Below, in pieces: positions 1-10,900 of a DNA stretch of 64,000 nucleotides. The stretch spans positions 338,679-402,678 of the forward strand of contig JAKLIQ010000001.1 in NCBI GenBank assembly GCA_022709525.1, in the 5' to 3' direction. Made by a program: the position numbers and the translations under genes. Source of the DNA: Candidatus Omnitrophota bacterium. GTDB lineage: Bacteria; Omnitrophota; Omnitrophia; Omnitrophales; Aquincolibacteriaceae. Positions within the stretch are counted from its first letter, which is position 1. The number at the start of each line of letters is the position of its first letter. The notes under the pieces are model-generated. The model made no database searches. It was not told where the DNA came from and saw only the letters and a list, made by a program, of their open reading frames with translations.

Positions 1-230
1 CGATGATCGGCCATCTGATCGGCGCCGCAGGGAGCGTTGAGCTCATCGCGACGCTTTTAGCCATGGAAAACCACCTGATCCCGCCCACCATCAACTACAC
101 GTCCAAGGACCCTGATTGCGATCTGGATTATGTTCCGAATGAGGCCCGCAAAGCCGATATCCGGATCGCGATGAAAAATTCCTTCGGGTTCGGCGGCAAA
201 AATTCGATCCTCATCTTAAAACGGGTGTAA
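1..230 (+). CDS. fabF: 3' end of beta-ketoacyl-ACP synthase II (partial; start lies upstream of the window)
   Basis: Translation ...[29 protein letters not shown]...[17 protein letters not shown] is the conserved C-terminus of KAS II (FabF). Frame is open from base 1, stop at 228-230. Confidence 0.8.
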   Translation, partial: MIGHLIGAAGSVELIATLLAMENHLIPPTINYTSKDPDCDLDYVPNEARKADIRIAMKNSFGFGGKNSILILKRV

Positions 231-243
231 CCCATTTTAAGAT

Positions 244-404
244 AAAGGGACTCGTCGCTCGGGACTAGGGACTTGTTTGGGTTCCTGGTTTTTGCGAGTC
301 CCGCACTTGATCTCTTTAAAAATTTGAAAGATTATCAAGTGCTGCACTGGTTTCTGTCAAAAATTCAATGAAAACCAGGCGAGGAACTAGTCCCGAGTCC
401 CCTT
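244..404. repeat. Palindromic repeat element of the GGGACTCG/CGAGTCCC family, composite copy. Left module 247-302, right module 378-403, AT-rich core between them.
   Basis: aaaGGGACTCGtcgctCGGGACTAGggact...gCGAGTCCC at the left and gaggaaCTAGTCCCGAGTCCCc at the right are reverse complements. The element fills the convergent fabF/lpxA intergenic region. The same modules recur at 3008, 3424, 19032, 23002, 44557 and 46181. Confidence 0.75.
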
Positions 405-409
405 TAAAA

Positions 410-1261
410 TCAGGCGAGTTCTTCTTCGATCTCGGTATCGCTGGTTGCTGTCGTGCGGTTCTTGCGGTGGGAAAGTGTTTCTACTGCGGAGCCGTCGAGA
501 ATACCGCGCTTGGACGCTTCGATGAATTCCACCATGTGTGCGACTTCCGGGCTTTTGAGGGTTTTTTTGATCTCAAGCACCGCCTGGCTTACGTTCATCC
601 CCGAACGGTAAAGCAGCTTGTAAGCTTCCTTGATCTCGCCCCGCACCTGAGGCCCGATGCCGGCGCGGCGCATTCCCACCACGTTGATCCCCTGAGCGAC
701 GGCCGGCCGGCCGCCGCAGATCACATACGGGGGGATGTCTTTATTGATCGCCGATAAAGCGCTGACCATGGCGAGCGTGCCGATGCGCGTAAATTGATGA
801 AAACCGGTCATGCCGGAAAGAAAAGCCCTGTCCTCAACAACGCAGTGGCCGGTTAAAGAAGCCTGGTTGACCATGATGATGTGATTACCGAGATGACAGT
901 TGTGGGCGATGTGGCAATAAGCCATCAGGAAATTCGAGTCGCCGATCACGGTGGAAGTCCCTTCTTTGGTACCCCGATGGATCGTAACGAATTCGCGGAT
1001 CACGTTCTTGTTGCCGATCTTGGTAAAGGTCGGCTGTCCCTGGTAGGCGAGGTCCTGAGGGGCATGTCCGATGACGGCCTGCATATGGATCTCATTATAA
1101 TTTCCGATATCGGTTCCTTGGGCAAGATAGGCTCCCGCCATGATCTTGTTGTGGGAACCGATCTTGACCCCGTCTTCAATGATCACGTTCGGGCCGATCG
1201 TATTGCCAACCCCGATCCCGACGTTTTTCCCGATAATAGCGCTGGAATGGATTTCAGACAT
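410..1261 (-). CDS. lpxA: Acyl-ACP--UDP-N-acetylglucosamine O-acyltransferase (LpxA)
   Basis: Hexapeptide-repeat left-handed beta-helix sequence throughout (MSEIHSSAIIGKNVGIGVGNTIGPNVIIEDGVKIGSHNKIMAGAYL...). Length (about 284 aa) and the C-terminal helical domain are typical of LpxA. Start set at the MSEIH Met (1261) rather than the ORF-track start at 1405. Confidence 0.8.
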   Translation of the reverse strand: MSEIHSSAIIGKNVGIGVGNTIGPNVIIEDGVKIGSHNKIMAGAYLAQGTDIGNYNEIHMQAVIGHAPQDLAYQGQPTFTKIGNKNVIREFVTIHRGTKEGTSTVIGDSNFLMAYCHIAHNCHLGNHIIMVNQASLTGHCVVEDRAFLSGMTGFHQFTRIGTLAMVSALSAINKDIPPYVICGGRPAVAQGINVVGMRRAGIGPQVRGEIKEAYKLLYRSGMNVSQAVLEIKKTLKSPEVAHMVEFIEASKRGILDGSAVETLSHRKNRTTATSDTEIEEELA

Positions 1262-1394
1262 AGGGCGGATTATATCACAACCCAGACTAGAGACTGAAGA
1301 CCAAAGACTATTTGGCAATTCCCGCATTTTTCTATAGAACAAGTCGCAGAATTTCTCCCGACTTCTTCGTCGCCGTTCAAATTTTCCCAGCGAG

Positions 1395-1605
1395 AAAATT
1401 TTCACTCGCGCGCTCGACTTCGCTCGGCCCGTGAGATAGGTTCTGAGGGCACGTCTCGGAGCCGCTTAAAGCTTGGTTCCTGCTATAGGCAGGATTTAAG
1501 CGGCGAGAGCCGAGGCGTCATGGCGCCGCTGGAGTGCCGAAAGCGCCGTTGACCGAAGAGCTTATCTCACGGGCCACCGTGCCCGCTTCGCTTCGCGAGC
1601 GCGCC
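1395..1605. other. Long imperfect inverted repeat (about 210 bp) with nested sub-hairpins. Candidate structured RNA or regulatory palindrome; strand unknown.
   Basis: gcgcgctcgacttcgctcggcccgtgagata (1398-1431) pairs with tatctcacgggcc...gcttcgcttcgcgagcgcgc (1564-1604). Inner pair gccgcttaaa (1462-1471) with tttaagcggc (1495-1504). Lies in the divergent lpxA / giant-gene intergenic region. Confidence 0.4.
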
Positions 1606-1879
1606 TCTGAAGTCTGGAGAAATTTTTCTTTACTGCCTCTACAAATACCCGGGAATTGTCAGTAAAGACCAGAACAGAAGCAGGAAATGATTCCTGTTTT
1701 GTCGCCTTATGTCGTTTGTCTCACACTCTCAGACGATCCCTATGCTATATATTGCTAAAAATCGCTATATGTCTTAATGGTTAGTTTCATTTTCACTAAG
1801 GATGACAAAAATCAGAAGTTTGAGAAGAAAATACCCCTATGAAAAAATTGGAAAAAATGGACTTTTTTTCGAACCTCTC

Positions 1880-1908
1880 TTGCTTTACCCCCATGCATCA
1901 GTTATATT
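1880..1908 (+). promoter_or_regulatory. Candidate sigma70-type promoter for the giant ORF (TTGCTT-N17-TATATT)
   Basis: ttgctt at 1880-1885, 17-nt spacer, tatatt at 1903-1908, in an AT-rich region about 90 nt upstream of the 1999 ATG. Confidence 0.3.
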
Positions 1909-1998
1909 TTCGGCGACTTTTTTAAGACTAAGGAAAATGGGATAAAATCTCTTTCGAAATCAAGCGAAAAACCGGTCGAAAAAGGACGAAACAGCCGA

Positions 1999-4900
1999 AT
2001 GAATCAACGTAATCCATTCAAGACATATATTGCGGCGCTTACTGTTTTCGCTTTCTTTTTTACAAACCTCGGGATCACTCCGGACGCGTTAGCGGCGGCT
2101 TCGATGCCTACGCCTCGCAACATCTCCGGCAATCAAGCCGAAGTTTTGTTGCCCTACCAAGCCCGGCTTGATTCAAGCATCGGCTTTTCGATTCCCTCCG
2201 AACTTGGCTCCATCGAATATTTCAGGCCCGGAAAAGGCCCGGCGCTTATTCATATCCAGACCGCGCACGGGCATTACCAGGCCCAGAAACAGATCCAGCA
2301 GATCCTCCATCACCTTGATAAAAATTACGGTGTCAAAACCCTTTTCTTGGAAGGAAGCGGGTTTGAGCTGAATCCGGAGCTCATCCGTTTTTTCCCGGAC
2401 GATCATGCGCTTACTATGAAGGCCGCCGACGAGCTCACCAAACGCGCGCTTCTGAAAGGCCCTGAGCTCTTTTTGCTTGATAAGCTGTTCGAAAGCTCAC
2501 AAACAATCAAGCAAAAGACCACAGACCACAGACCGCAGACGACAGCTAAAGATTTTGGGCTCCAGTCTCCAGTCTCCAGTCTCCAGTCTTCCGAAGGCGT
2601 TCGCGCCTTCGGAATTGAGGAGCTTAAATCTTACCGCGAGAACGGCGTCGATTTTGTCAATGTCCTCGAAGCCAAACAAAAAACGCAGAATTTTCTCGCC
2701 GATATGGACATGGGGATCGAGCGTCTTTCCAGCCATTATCTTAATAAAGACCTCCGCGGTTTTCTCAAGCGCCTTGAGGCTTTTGAAAAAAATCAGATCC
2801 CGTTCGAGGATTGGCTTACCTATTTAAAAGGGGAGGCCGCCAAGCGCCTTGAGATGGACCTTTCGCAGGCCCAATATCAGATCGATTGGCCGATGATGGT
2901 CCGAATTTTCAAGATCCGCGAACTTACTTCTAAGCTGGACCGCCAGAAATTTTCAAAGGAGCGTGATGAGTTTTTAAAAACTATCAGGAAATATCTCTCC
3001 AAAAATTGGGACTCGCACCTCGGGACTCGTTCCTCGACGAGAAACCAAAACGAGTCCCTAGTCCCTAGTCCCGAGTCCCTTTATGGAGAAATCGAACGAT
3101 TACTTCGATCGGAGCAGGCAAGCGTCCAGCTTCCGGACCCTGAAACGAGTTTGCTGTTCGAAGACATGGTCCGCCAGCTTCCGGAAGATTTTGATTATGA
3201 AAAGTATCCCAACGTGCGTTATTTCATCGGCATGCTTCTTTTGCAAAGCGAACTAAAGGCGCAGATGCTCATGGAAGAAATGGATCGGTTGGTCGAAAAG
3301 ATCTCCGTCAAATTGGCCGACGCCCCGGAAGAGCAAAAACTTCTTGTCCTCTTAAAAGATTACCGCCTTCTCCAAAAACTTTTCGCGCTGGAACTTTTAC
3401 CGAAGGATTATGAAGCTATTATCGGGACTCGGGACTTGCACCTCGGGACTCGACTGAAACCCTCCAATATATGTGCTCGATTCAATGAAATCGGAAAGTG
3501 GCAAGCCGGAAACGAAAAAACGAGGAACTCAAACGAGCCCCTAGTCCCGAGTGACGAGTCCCGCGTGCGCCGGGTTGAATTTAAACATGTTGAAGATTTG
3601 GATGTATTATTCAATAAGGCGCTCGCATTCTACGCCGGCGTGAAGGAACGCGACCTCAAGATGGAGCAGCGGATCGAAGAGCGGCTCAAGGAAACGGGCG
3701 CTCAAAAAGCCGTGGTCATCACCGGCGGCTTTCATTCCCAGCCCTTTCGCGATCATTTTACGAACAAGGATTTTTCCTACGCTCTCATTTCTCCCAAATT
3801 GACCACGACTGACACAAAAGGCCGCGAAGAATATATCCAGAATACTTTACGTTTTACGCTTAAGTCGACAAAAGAGTCCGTTTATCCGGCAGATCCGGAG
3901 GTGCTCAGGCCTGAAAACCGCTATGGCTTGGATCAGGCCGCCATGCGTGCCGAGATCCGCCAAATCATCTCAGAAGTAGCCGGCCAACCTCAAACCAAAG
4001 ACCTGGAAGCCGCGCGAAAGCTTGTCGATAAAGCTTTTCAACAGGCGGCAAAAGAGGCAGGACTTCTTTACGATCCCCAAGTCGATGAAGCCGAGGCTCG
4101 TGACTTGGCCCAATGGCTTACCGTGACACCTAAAAATATTCCCTTCAGCCAGATCCTTCAGGACGTCCGCGATTGGTTTGCCGGCGCCGAAAGAAAACAA
4201 AAGTTAGAAAGCATTTCTGTTCCTACCCTTGATGTTCTTGCCACAGCCATTCCACAGGATGCCGGAAAAGGATCTGAAGCGGTTTCCCAATCGCGTGCGA
4301 CAGATCTTCAAAAAGAGCCGGAAGGGATGACCGCGCTCGACATCCTCAAAGGGATCGGCTTTGTTTTAGGCGTCAATGTCGCTTATCTAGGCGTCATTCT
4401 GATCATCGCGGCGATCCCCACCGTCATTGTGCTTACTTCAGCGGTGGCGCTTGGGGGTTATTTGGCCTACCAGGCCTTTCTTTGGGCCCAAGAAACATAC
4501 CAGAAGATCAGCGAAGGTATCCGTTCGCTTCCCCAAAATATAGCGGATAAAAAACAATCCCTGTCCCTAATGCTCAAAACGTGGAGTCAAATTTTCAAAC
4601 ATTTTTCCGCCGAGACGTCCGGCAAGTTCAATTACGACGAATTTGCGGAGCAGGTCCATAAAGAAAAGATCCGGATCGGACAACGGATCACGGTCTATCC
4701 CAAAAAAGGCGATCTGATCTCCGGCCGTTTCCATTATCTCAATAACGCGACCGGTTACTTATCCGTCTCGTCCGTTTCGACCGCGTCAGAACAGATTATC
4801 TCCCAGATCCACAAGGATGATATCGCGTTTATTGATGTCCCTCGCGATGTTACTCGCTCGGAAGCGAGAGTAGCCATAATGGTCATTAATGATGCTGTCT

Positions 4901-7900
4901 GGTTTGGGATGGATGCTGCATCGAAAGCGATTTCAATCGACGATTTAAAAGCCGCATTGCGTGAGTCTGATAGAGACTACATATCGGTGCAGCGTGACGG
5001 AGTTTGGCATTCCGTGTCTAAGGTTTTTGTCTACAGACATCTTAGATTTTATGAAAAAGACATTCAAAAAATTTCCAAAATCAAACAAAAAACGTTTGAA
5101 CCGGGAAAAAAGAAATTAATCCCTAAAAAAATTGCAGAAATTTTTCATCAGGCCCTTGCCGAACAATCAGATTTGACCGCTAAATTGATCGCAGCTATGG
5201 GAAGCGCTTATTCGCCCAAAACAGATGTCTTGAAGTCCAGGCGAGTTTCTTTGACAGAAATTTATAAAAATGCGATCGCAAAGCTCGAAAGGGAGCTCGC
5301 AAAGCTTGAGTCATCACTAACCTCTGAAGAGCGCTCTGCGGTTATAGATCGCATTGATGTTCATGTAAAAGTCGCAGGTTATGATGGCAAGCCTCGGGGA
5401 AATCCGCCTCATCGCACAGATTATAAAGTTGCTTTTGCGCTTCGTGACAAAAAAGAACCGCGCAAAACAAGTTCGATGGACGTCATCAATGAATTGTTCG
5501 CAGGTATAGATAATCATCATTATCCGGATCGTGATTTTTTATGGACGTTTTCTCAGGGTGGGCGATTGGGCGATGTTTATCGGCATGTGCGGGGGGAGCT
5601 TGCCTCGCGTCTTGAGTGGTTTGGACTGCTCCCCAACTCACTGTTCGGTTCCGATGAACGTTCTGTATATGTAAACAATGTTATCAATAACATTGAAGTA
5701 GATTTTACGATCCATGGTTTCGCATGGCCTAGCAACTACGCTTTGAATTATGAGGTATTTTTTGCACCTCGTTCCGAGGCGAGGGAATTTTCTGATGTGA
5801 AAACAACGCAAGAGCTCGGCGAATTCATGGCCCCCGTTATCGCGCAAGTCACGGAAAGGATTAAAACCTCCGAACCCTTTCAGGCGTCCAATATTTCAAA
5901 AAACTTGATCGAAGCAGGCCTCTACGACCCTTTGCCCGGCGACAAACAACACGCCTTTGAAGAATTAGGCAAGCAGGACACGCTTGATAAGACCGCTTAT
6001 TTCATGGGTCTCCAGATGTATTGGGCTATCGCCCGCGCTCCTGACCTTGAAAAAGCCAAAGAGCTTGCCGGGACTGTTGATGCCTATGCTCAATCCCGCT
6101 CCGAGGCGAGGAGTGCCGTGAATGAAGGGGCCATGCATGAAGCGGCTCGTAATATGGGTTATCAAGATTTAAAAGAGATCGCTGTTTCTCATGGCGAAAA
6201 TACCATTCCCAATATCGATGAATTTCTGGCCTATTTGAATACCTTTGAGACCGATCAAACGCAGGCGAGGGAAGAATGGTTTGTCAAATGGATTATGGAG
6301 TTCCGCATTATTGAAAAGCTAAAACAGTTCATTGGCGAACATGTCGCCAAGGGAGATGCAAAAGCTTTTGCTAAGGCGGAAGCAGCCTTTCAGGCATTGC
6401 AAAAAATCAATGCTACCGGACAAAGAATCCTGGCAAAGGCCAACCAAACGGCCCAAACGATCAGAACGCTCCAAGATCTGCATGCGATGCTTTCTGAGGC
6501 AAAAACCGCTATCTCAGAAGTTAAAGCCAGTTACCATTTGGAAGAAGAAGCTGGCCGCCAGGAATCCCGCTCGGAGATGAGGGTGAAGCGGACCGAGATG
6601 ATCCGGGACGTTTTATTTCGCGTGGGCATCGCCGTTCCTGTGGTCGCGATCGCCGGCGGTTTTGTCTATCTAGCTATTACTCACACCGCGCCCGTTTTTC
6701 TTTTTCAAGCTTCGTTGACGCTTCTGATCACCATGGGCTTTATCGCATTAGCAACGACATGGCTTAATCATCTTTTTGATCTGGTTCATCAAAAATTCCC
6801 GACTGAAAATCGAAGATTGTCAACGCCCGAAGTTTGGCTTATGGAAACGTTCGGCATCAAACTTAATTTCGGCCGTTTAAGCGGCCTTATAGGCCTGATG
6901 CTCCGGCCTTTAACTCCGTCTGTTTCGGCTCAAGATCAGAAACTTAAAAAACTGCCCGATCAAACCATGGGCGTCTGGCCATCGAATGAGGGAAAACCCC
7001 GTTTTGAAAATCACGATTTTTCCAAAAGAGCGCTACCAATCATTTTGGCAGGAGCGTTTGGCGCGACAGCTGCTTCTGCGCAACAAATCCAAATAACCTA
7101 TCCGCCAATGGACCCGCCTTATGGCGCCAACATGACACTGACTCATACCAATAAAGTCGCGCCGCAGGACGTTTGGGTCACCGCGTTCGCGTATTGGAAA
7201 ACCTCTCTTGTGGAAAGCACCGCCATTGTGACCACTAAGGTATATGATGCGCTTTTCAAGACGAACGATCCTTCTACGACAGTCTATTCAATCAAGCCGG
7301 CAATTTTTTCGAATGCTTCCCCAGTTTTTTTCTACGGCGATAAGTCAGAAACGCCCGTTGTTTCAGGTGGCAGCCTGCCTTCTACGGAAACAAATGTTCT
7401 TCCCAAAAACCCTTCCGCGGCAGACCTTTTAAAACTCCGAACAGACTTTGAACGTGAGCAAAAAGTTAAAGCGAAGGCGCTTGAAAAAAATCGTTCTGAA
7501 CTGAGGGGGAAATTTGCAAAATCGATAATCCTTGGCATTATCGCGTTAGCCGCTGGCTGCGCTACTGCTCCTGCGCCTTATGGTTATCGTCCCGCCGTTC
7601 CTTATGGCTATCCTTATAGTATCACTCCGAGCTGGAAACCGCCGGTTCCTAAAAGGATCAATATTCCAAAAGCGCCGCCCATGCCGCCGGCCGGGATCAA
7701 TATCCGGCCTCGGTCGGAGATCAGGACAACGGTCCGCATTGAAGTGCCGGAAGATGTTCCGCCGGAAAAGACCATCGCGCGATTTGTCCTCGATCAGTTG
7801 GGGAAACCGCTCAACGAGTCCGGAGACCAGGTTACTTTGGTCGATATCCTTCAAGGAAAAGCCATCCTTACCATTTTTACCAACACGGGAGAGTTTATTT

Positions 7901-10900
7901 TCGATCCCCGGGCACAGAGTCTCTCTGCGTTCAATCAGCCCGCCGGCGAGGCCTTGGCGATCGAATTCCAATTCCGTTCCGAGCTAAGAAATTTTCATGT
8001 TCAGGAAGTGAGACTCGATGTAGGCGATCTGAACAAACTTTCTGTCGAGGAAAGAGAAGAAGCTATTGCCAAAAAAATCAAAGATGGTAAGACCAGGATC
8101 TACCTTGGCACATCGATTGAGAACGATCGGTTGCAGTGGGATATGGATCGTGATATTTCCGCCGCGCATGGCCTTGTCAGGGACGCGCGAGTTTTAGCGG
8201 TCTCATTGCAGAAAATAGGAATTCCGGTCCATATGGAATTCCTTAAATTGCCCCTCGAGGTGCGGAACGATGGGACCTGGAGCTTCATCGAATATGACTA
8301 TTATTTTGCCGTTGGGGAAGATCACGCGGAAATATTAAAAAGATTTATTTTGCGTTTGCGGGCGTTGGCCAACGCTTCTACTCTGGGCGATCAAGGATAT
8401 GTAAGACTTCCCGAGGGCATTCTTACGGACGAAATAGAACGGTTTACCGAAGAATACATCGGCCGTTCGGAGACGAGAGCTCTTCCTTCCGTTGAAAAAT
8501 TGATCGGGAAAATAGAAGCGGCCTTGAAAGCCTTCGCGATTCTTTCTAAAACGATCGATAAAGGCGTGATTAATATGTGGGCTAAGGGCTTATATAAGAA
8601 CATGGAGCCTTGGGTGAGAGAGGCGTATGACGATTTGGTTAAATTGATTGGGGAAAAGGCCCAAAAAAGCGATGAACAAGGCGTTCGAGACGCCATCAAT
8701 CAGGTTGAAAAAATCTTTCTCGCCGAAAGGCGGTTCTTGAAGGCAATATTTGATTCAGTGCCAGAGGAGGAAGTATGGCTGTTCACTGAATTTATCGCAT
8801 TGATATGGGACGAACATTCCGACATAAGCAATGCTCTTGCGGACGCTTCGATGAAATTTGAGAAAAACAATTCCGCATTTTCCCTCGAGCTGTCGAACAA
8901 GGCTGATGATACCCGCCCCTCGCTTTCAGACGCGCAGGATCCGGATGATGGCCCGGCCCCGGCCAGCGCCGAACCCTCAACCGCCCCACGTTCCGAAATG
9001 AGGAGTTTACTTGTTGTACAAATGCCTACCACCATGCATCCGGAATTCGCCCTCTCAACTTTTATCATGAACGCTATGAAGGAACATAATTTAAAAAGGC
9101 AGGACGAACGGGGCAATATTTTATTTGAAATTTATGTCAATATGAGGGATGGTCAAAGAATGCTTTACACCGACTTCATTAAAAGCAAGCTTCATAGTTC
9201 CGATGAATTATCTGCGATCTATAATATTCAAAATATTGAATTTGTTTCGACTCCTTCCTTTCAGATCAACACTCCTAAAGATTTGCCGGAAGTGATTATT
9301 GCGCTCGAAAAAGACGCAGAAAAATTGAACAATTTACCGATGGCCGCCTGGAAATCATTGAAGGATGAAGTCTTAAGCCACGCTGAAATTTTCTTAAATA
9401 TCGCTGAAAATTTAGCTGGAACCGATCTTGAGCGTAAAGAGCGGCAAGTAGTTTTTTTACAGATCTTAAAAGGCATTCAAACAATGATCGCATTACCTTT
9501 TCTTGCGGATCAAGAAGACACAAAAGCCAAAAAGATGGCTCAGCGGATTACAAATCTTTGGTTCTTAATTGGCGATGAACTTGAACAAGCGCGTTTGGAC
9601 GGGATAAAGAAGGCCGCCGAAAAACGATACGGCCGGCCAATTGATGTTAAAAAATTAAAAAATGAAATGGGTTCCGCCCATGTTGCATTTGACAAAACCT
9701 CCAACACGCTAGAAGTCGAAGATCTGCCTACTGATATTTGGAGCCCTTATCCGGCGGACCGTATGGTCTCCACTTATCTTAGCCCCGCCATTCTCAGGCA
9801 TCTGCTCGAAGGCTTATCTTTATCCGTGGATGTTGCTGGCGACATGGTACTTCCTTCGAAAGTGGGTTCCATCTCCATTCAGAAATTAGAAGTTCTTATT
9901 AAAGAAGCGATTGATAAAACGGTAGAAGATAAGGCGAAAAAGGATGGAATCGGTGACCCCTCAAAAATTGAGAAGCTCAAAGCTGATCCAGTTGCTAGAT
10001 TTAACGCGCTAGTCAAATTAGAAAATGATGTTCGAAAAAGTCCGGACGAAGCCATTCGAGTCATGCACAGCCAGGGTGTTACAACGATCACCGAAGCTGT
10101 CTTTGTGGAATTTATGGGGGATTTTCTCGCGGCCATGCTGCTGTTAAAGACAGCTCAAAATTGGCAGTTTAAAAAAGAAGGGTTTGAGGCAAATCACGTA
10201 CTTCTTGAAAATATCCAGAAAACCTTGAGTCTTTCTCAGATTGGGCTCGAGGACATCGCTCTTCGGCTTGTTTCCCTTAATATTCCCCTAAATATCATCG
10301 AGCAGGTCATTCAAGGAAAGATGAACAACCTCGAAAAATTTGAGGCTCAAGGAAATGTGATCGTTATGAAGGGCGGGGTCGTAGAGGTTTTAGCTGCAGG
10401 CGGAAAAGCTGCTCGGTGGCGTTCTTCACTAGTGCCATTATTAAAAAATAAAATCATCGAGGATGACGTGGCGGCTAACCGCAATGATCTTCCGCGAGCC
10501 CTTGCGGCTTATTGGTACGGGGATTTTAGTTCCGGAGGCGGCACAGGGATATCACTCGCGATGGATAATCTTACTCATTTAGCGCAACGAGGTTACCCCG
10601 TTCGACTTGCGTATATTTTAAGCCCGCATACATGGCGTACCTTTATGGAAGCAACATACGGGCTTCTGAAAAGATATAACCAGAAAAAAGCAGTTAAAGT
10701 TCCTGTGGAAGCCATCGCCCAAAATACCAGCAGAGCTTGGGTGATCGCAGGAGACGAGATCAAGGAAGAAGATAGAAATGTGCTGGGACATGGGGATGTC
10801 ATGGGAGTGGTTTTTGCCGCCATCCAGGGATTAAAAAATGGGCAGGTTTATGCTATTCCTCGTTCAGCGGACGGACCGACAGCCCAGCTTGGACAGAAGC

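Noticed and set aside
1140-1337. 65-aa plus-strand ORF and a 138-aa plus-strand ORF (881-1297) over lpxA
   Set aside because: Both are antisense to lpxA hexapeptide-repeat DNA. Repeats of that kind generate open antisense frames. Neither has a supporting RBS or motif.
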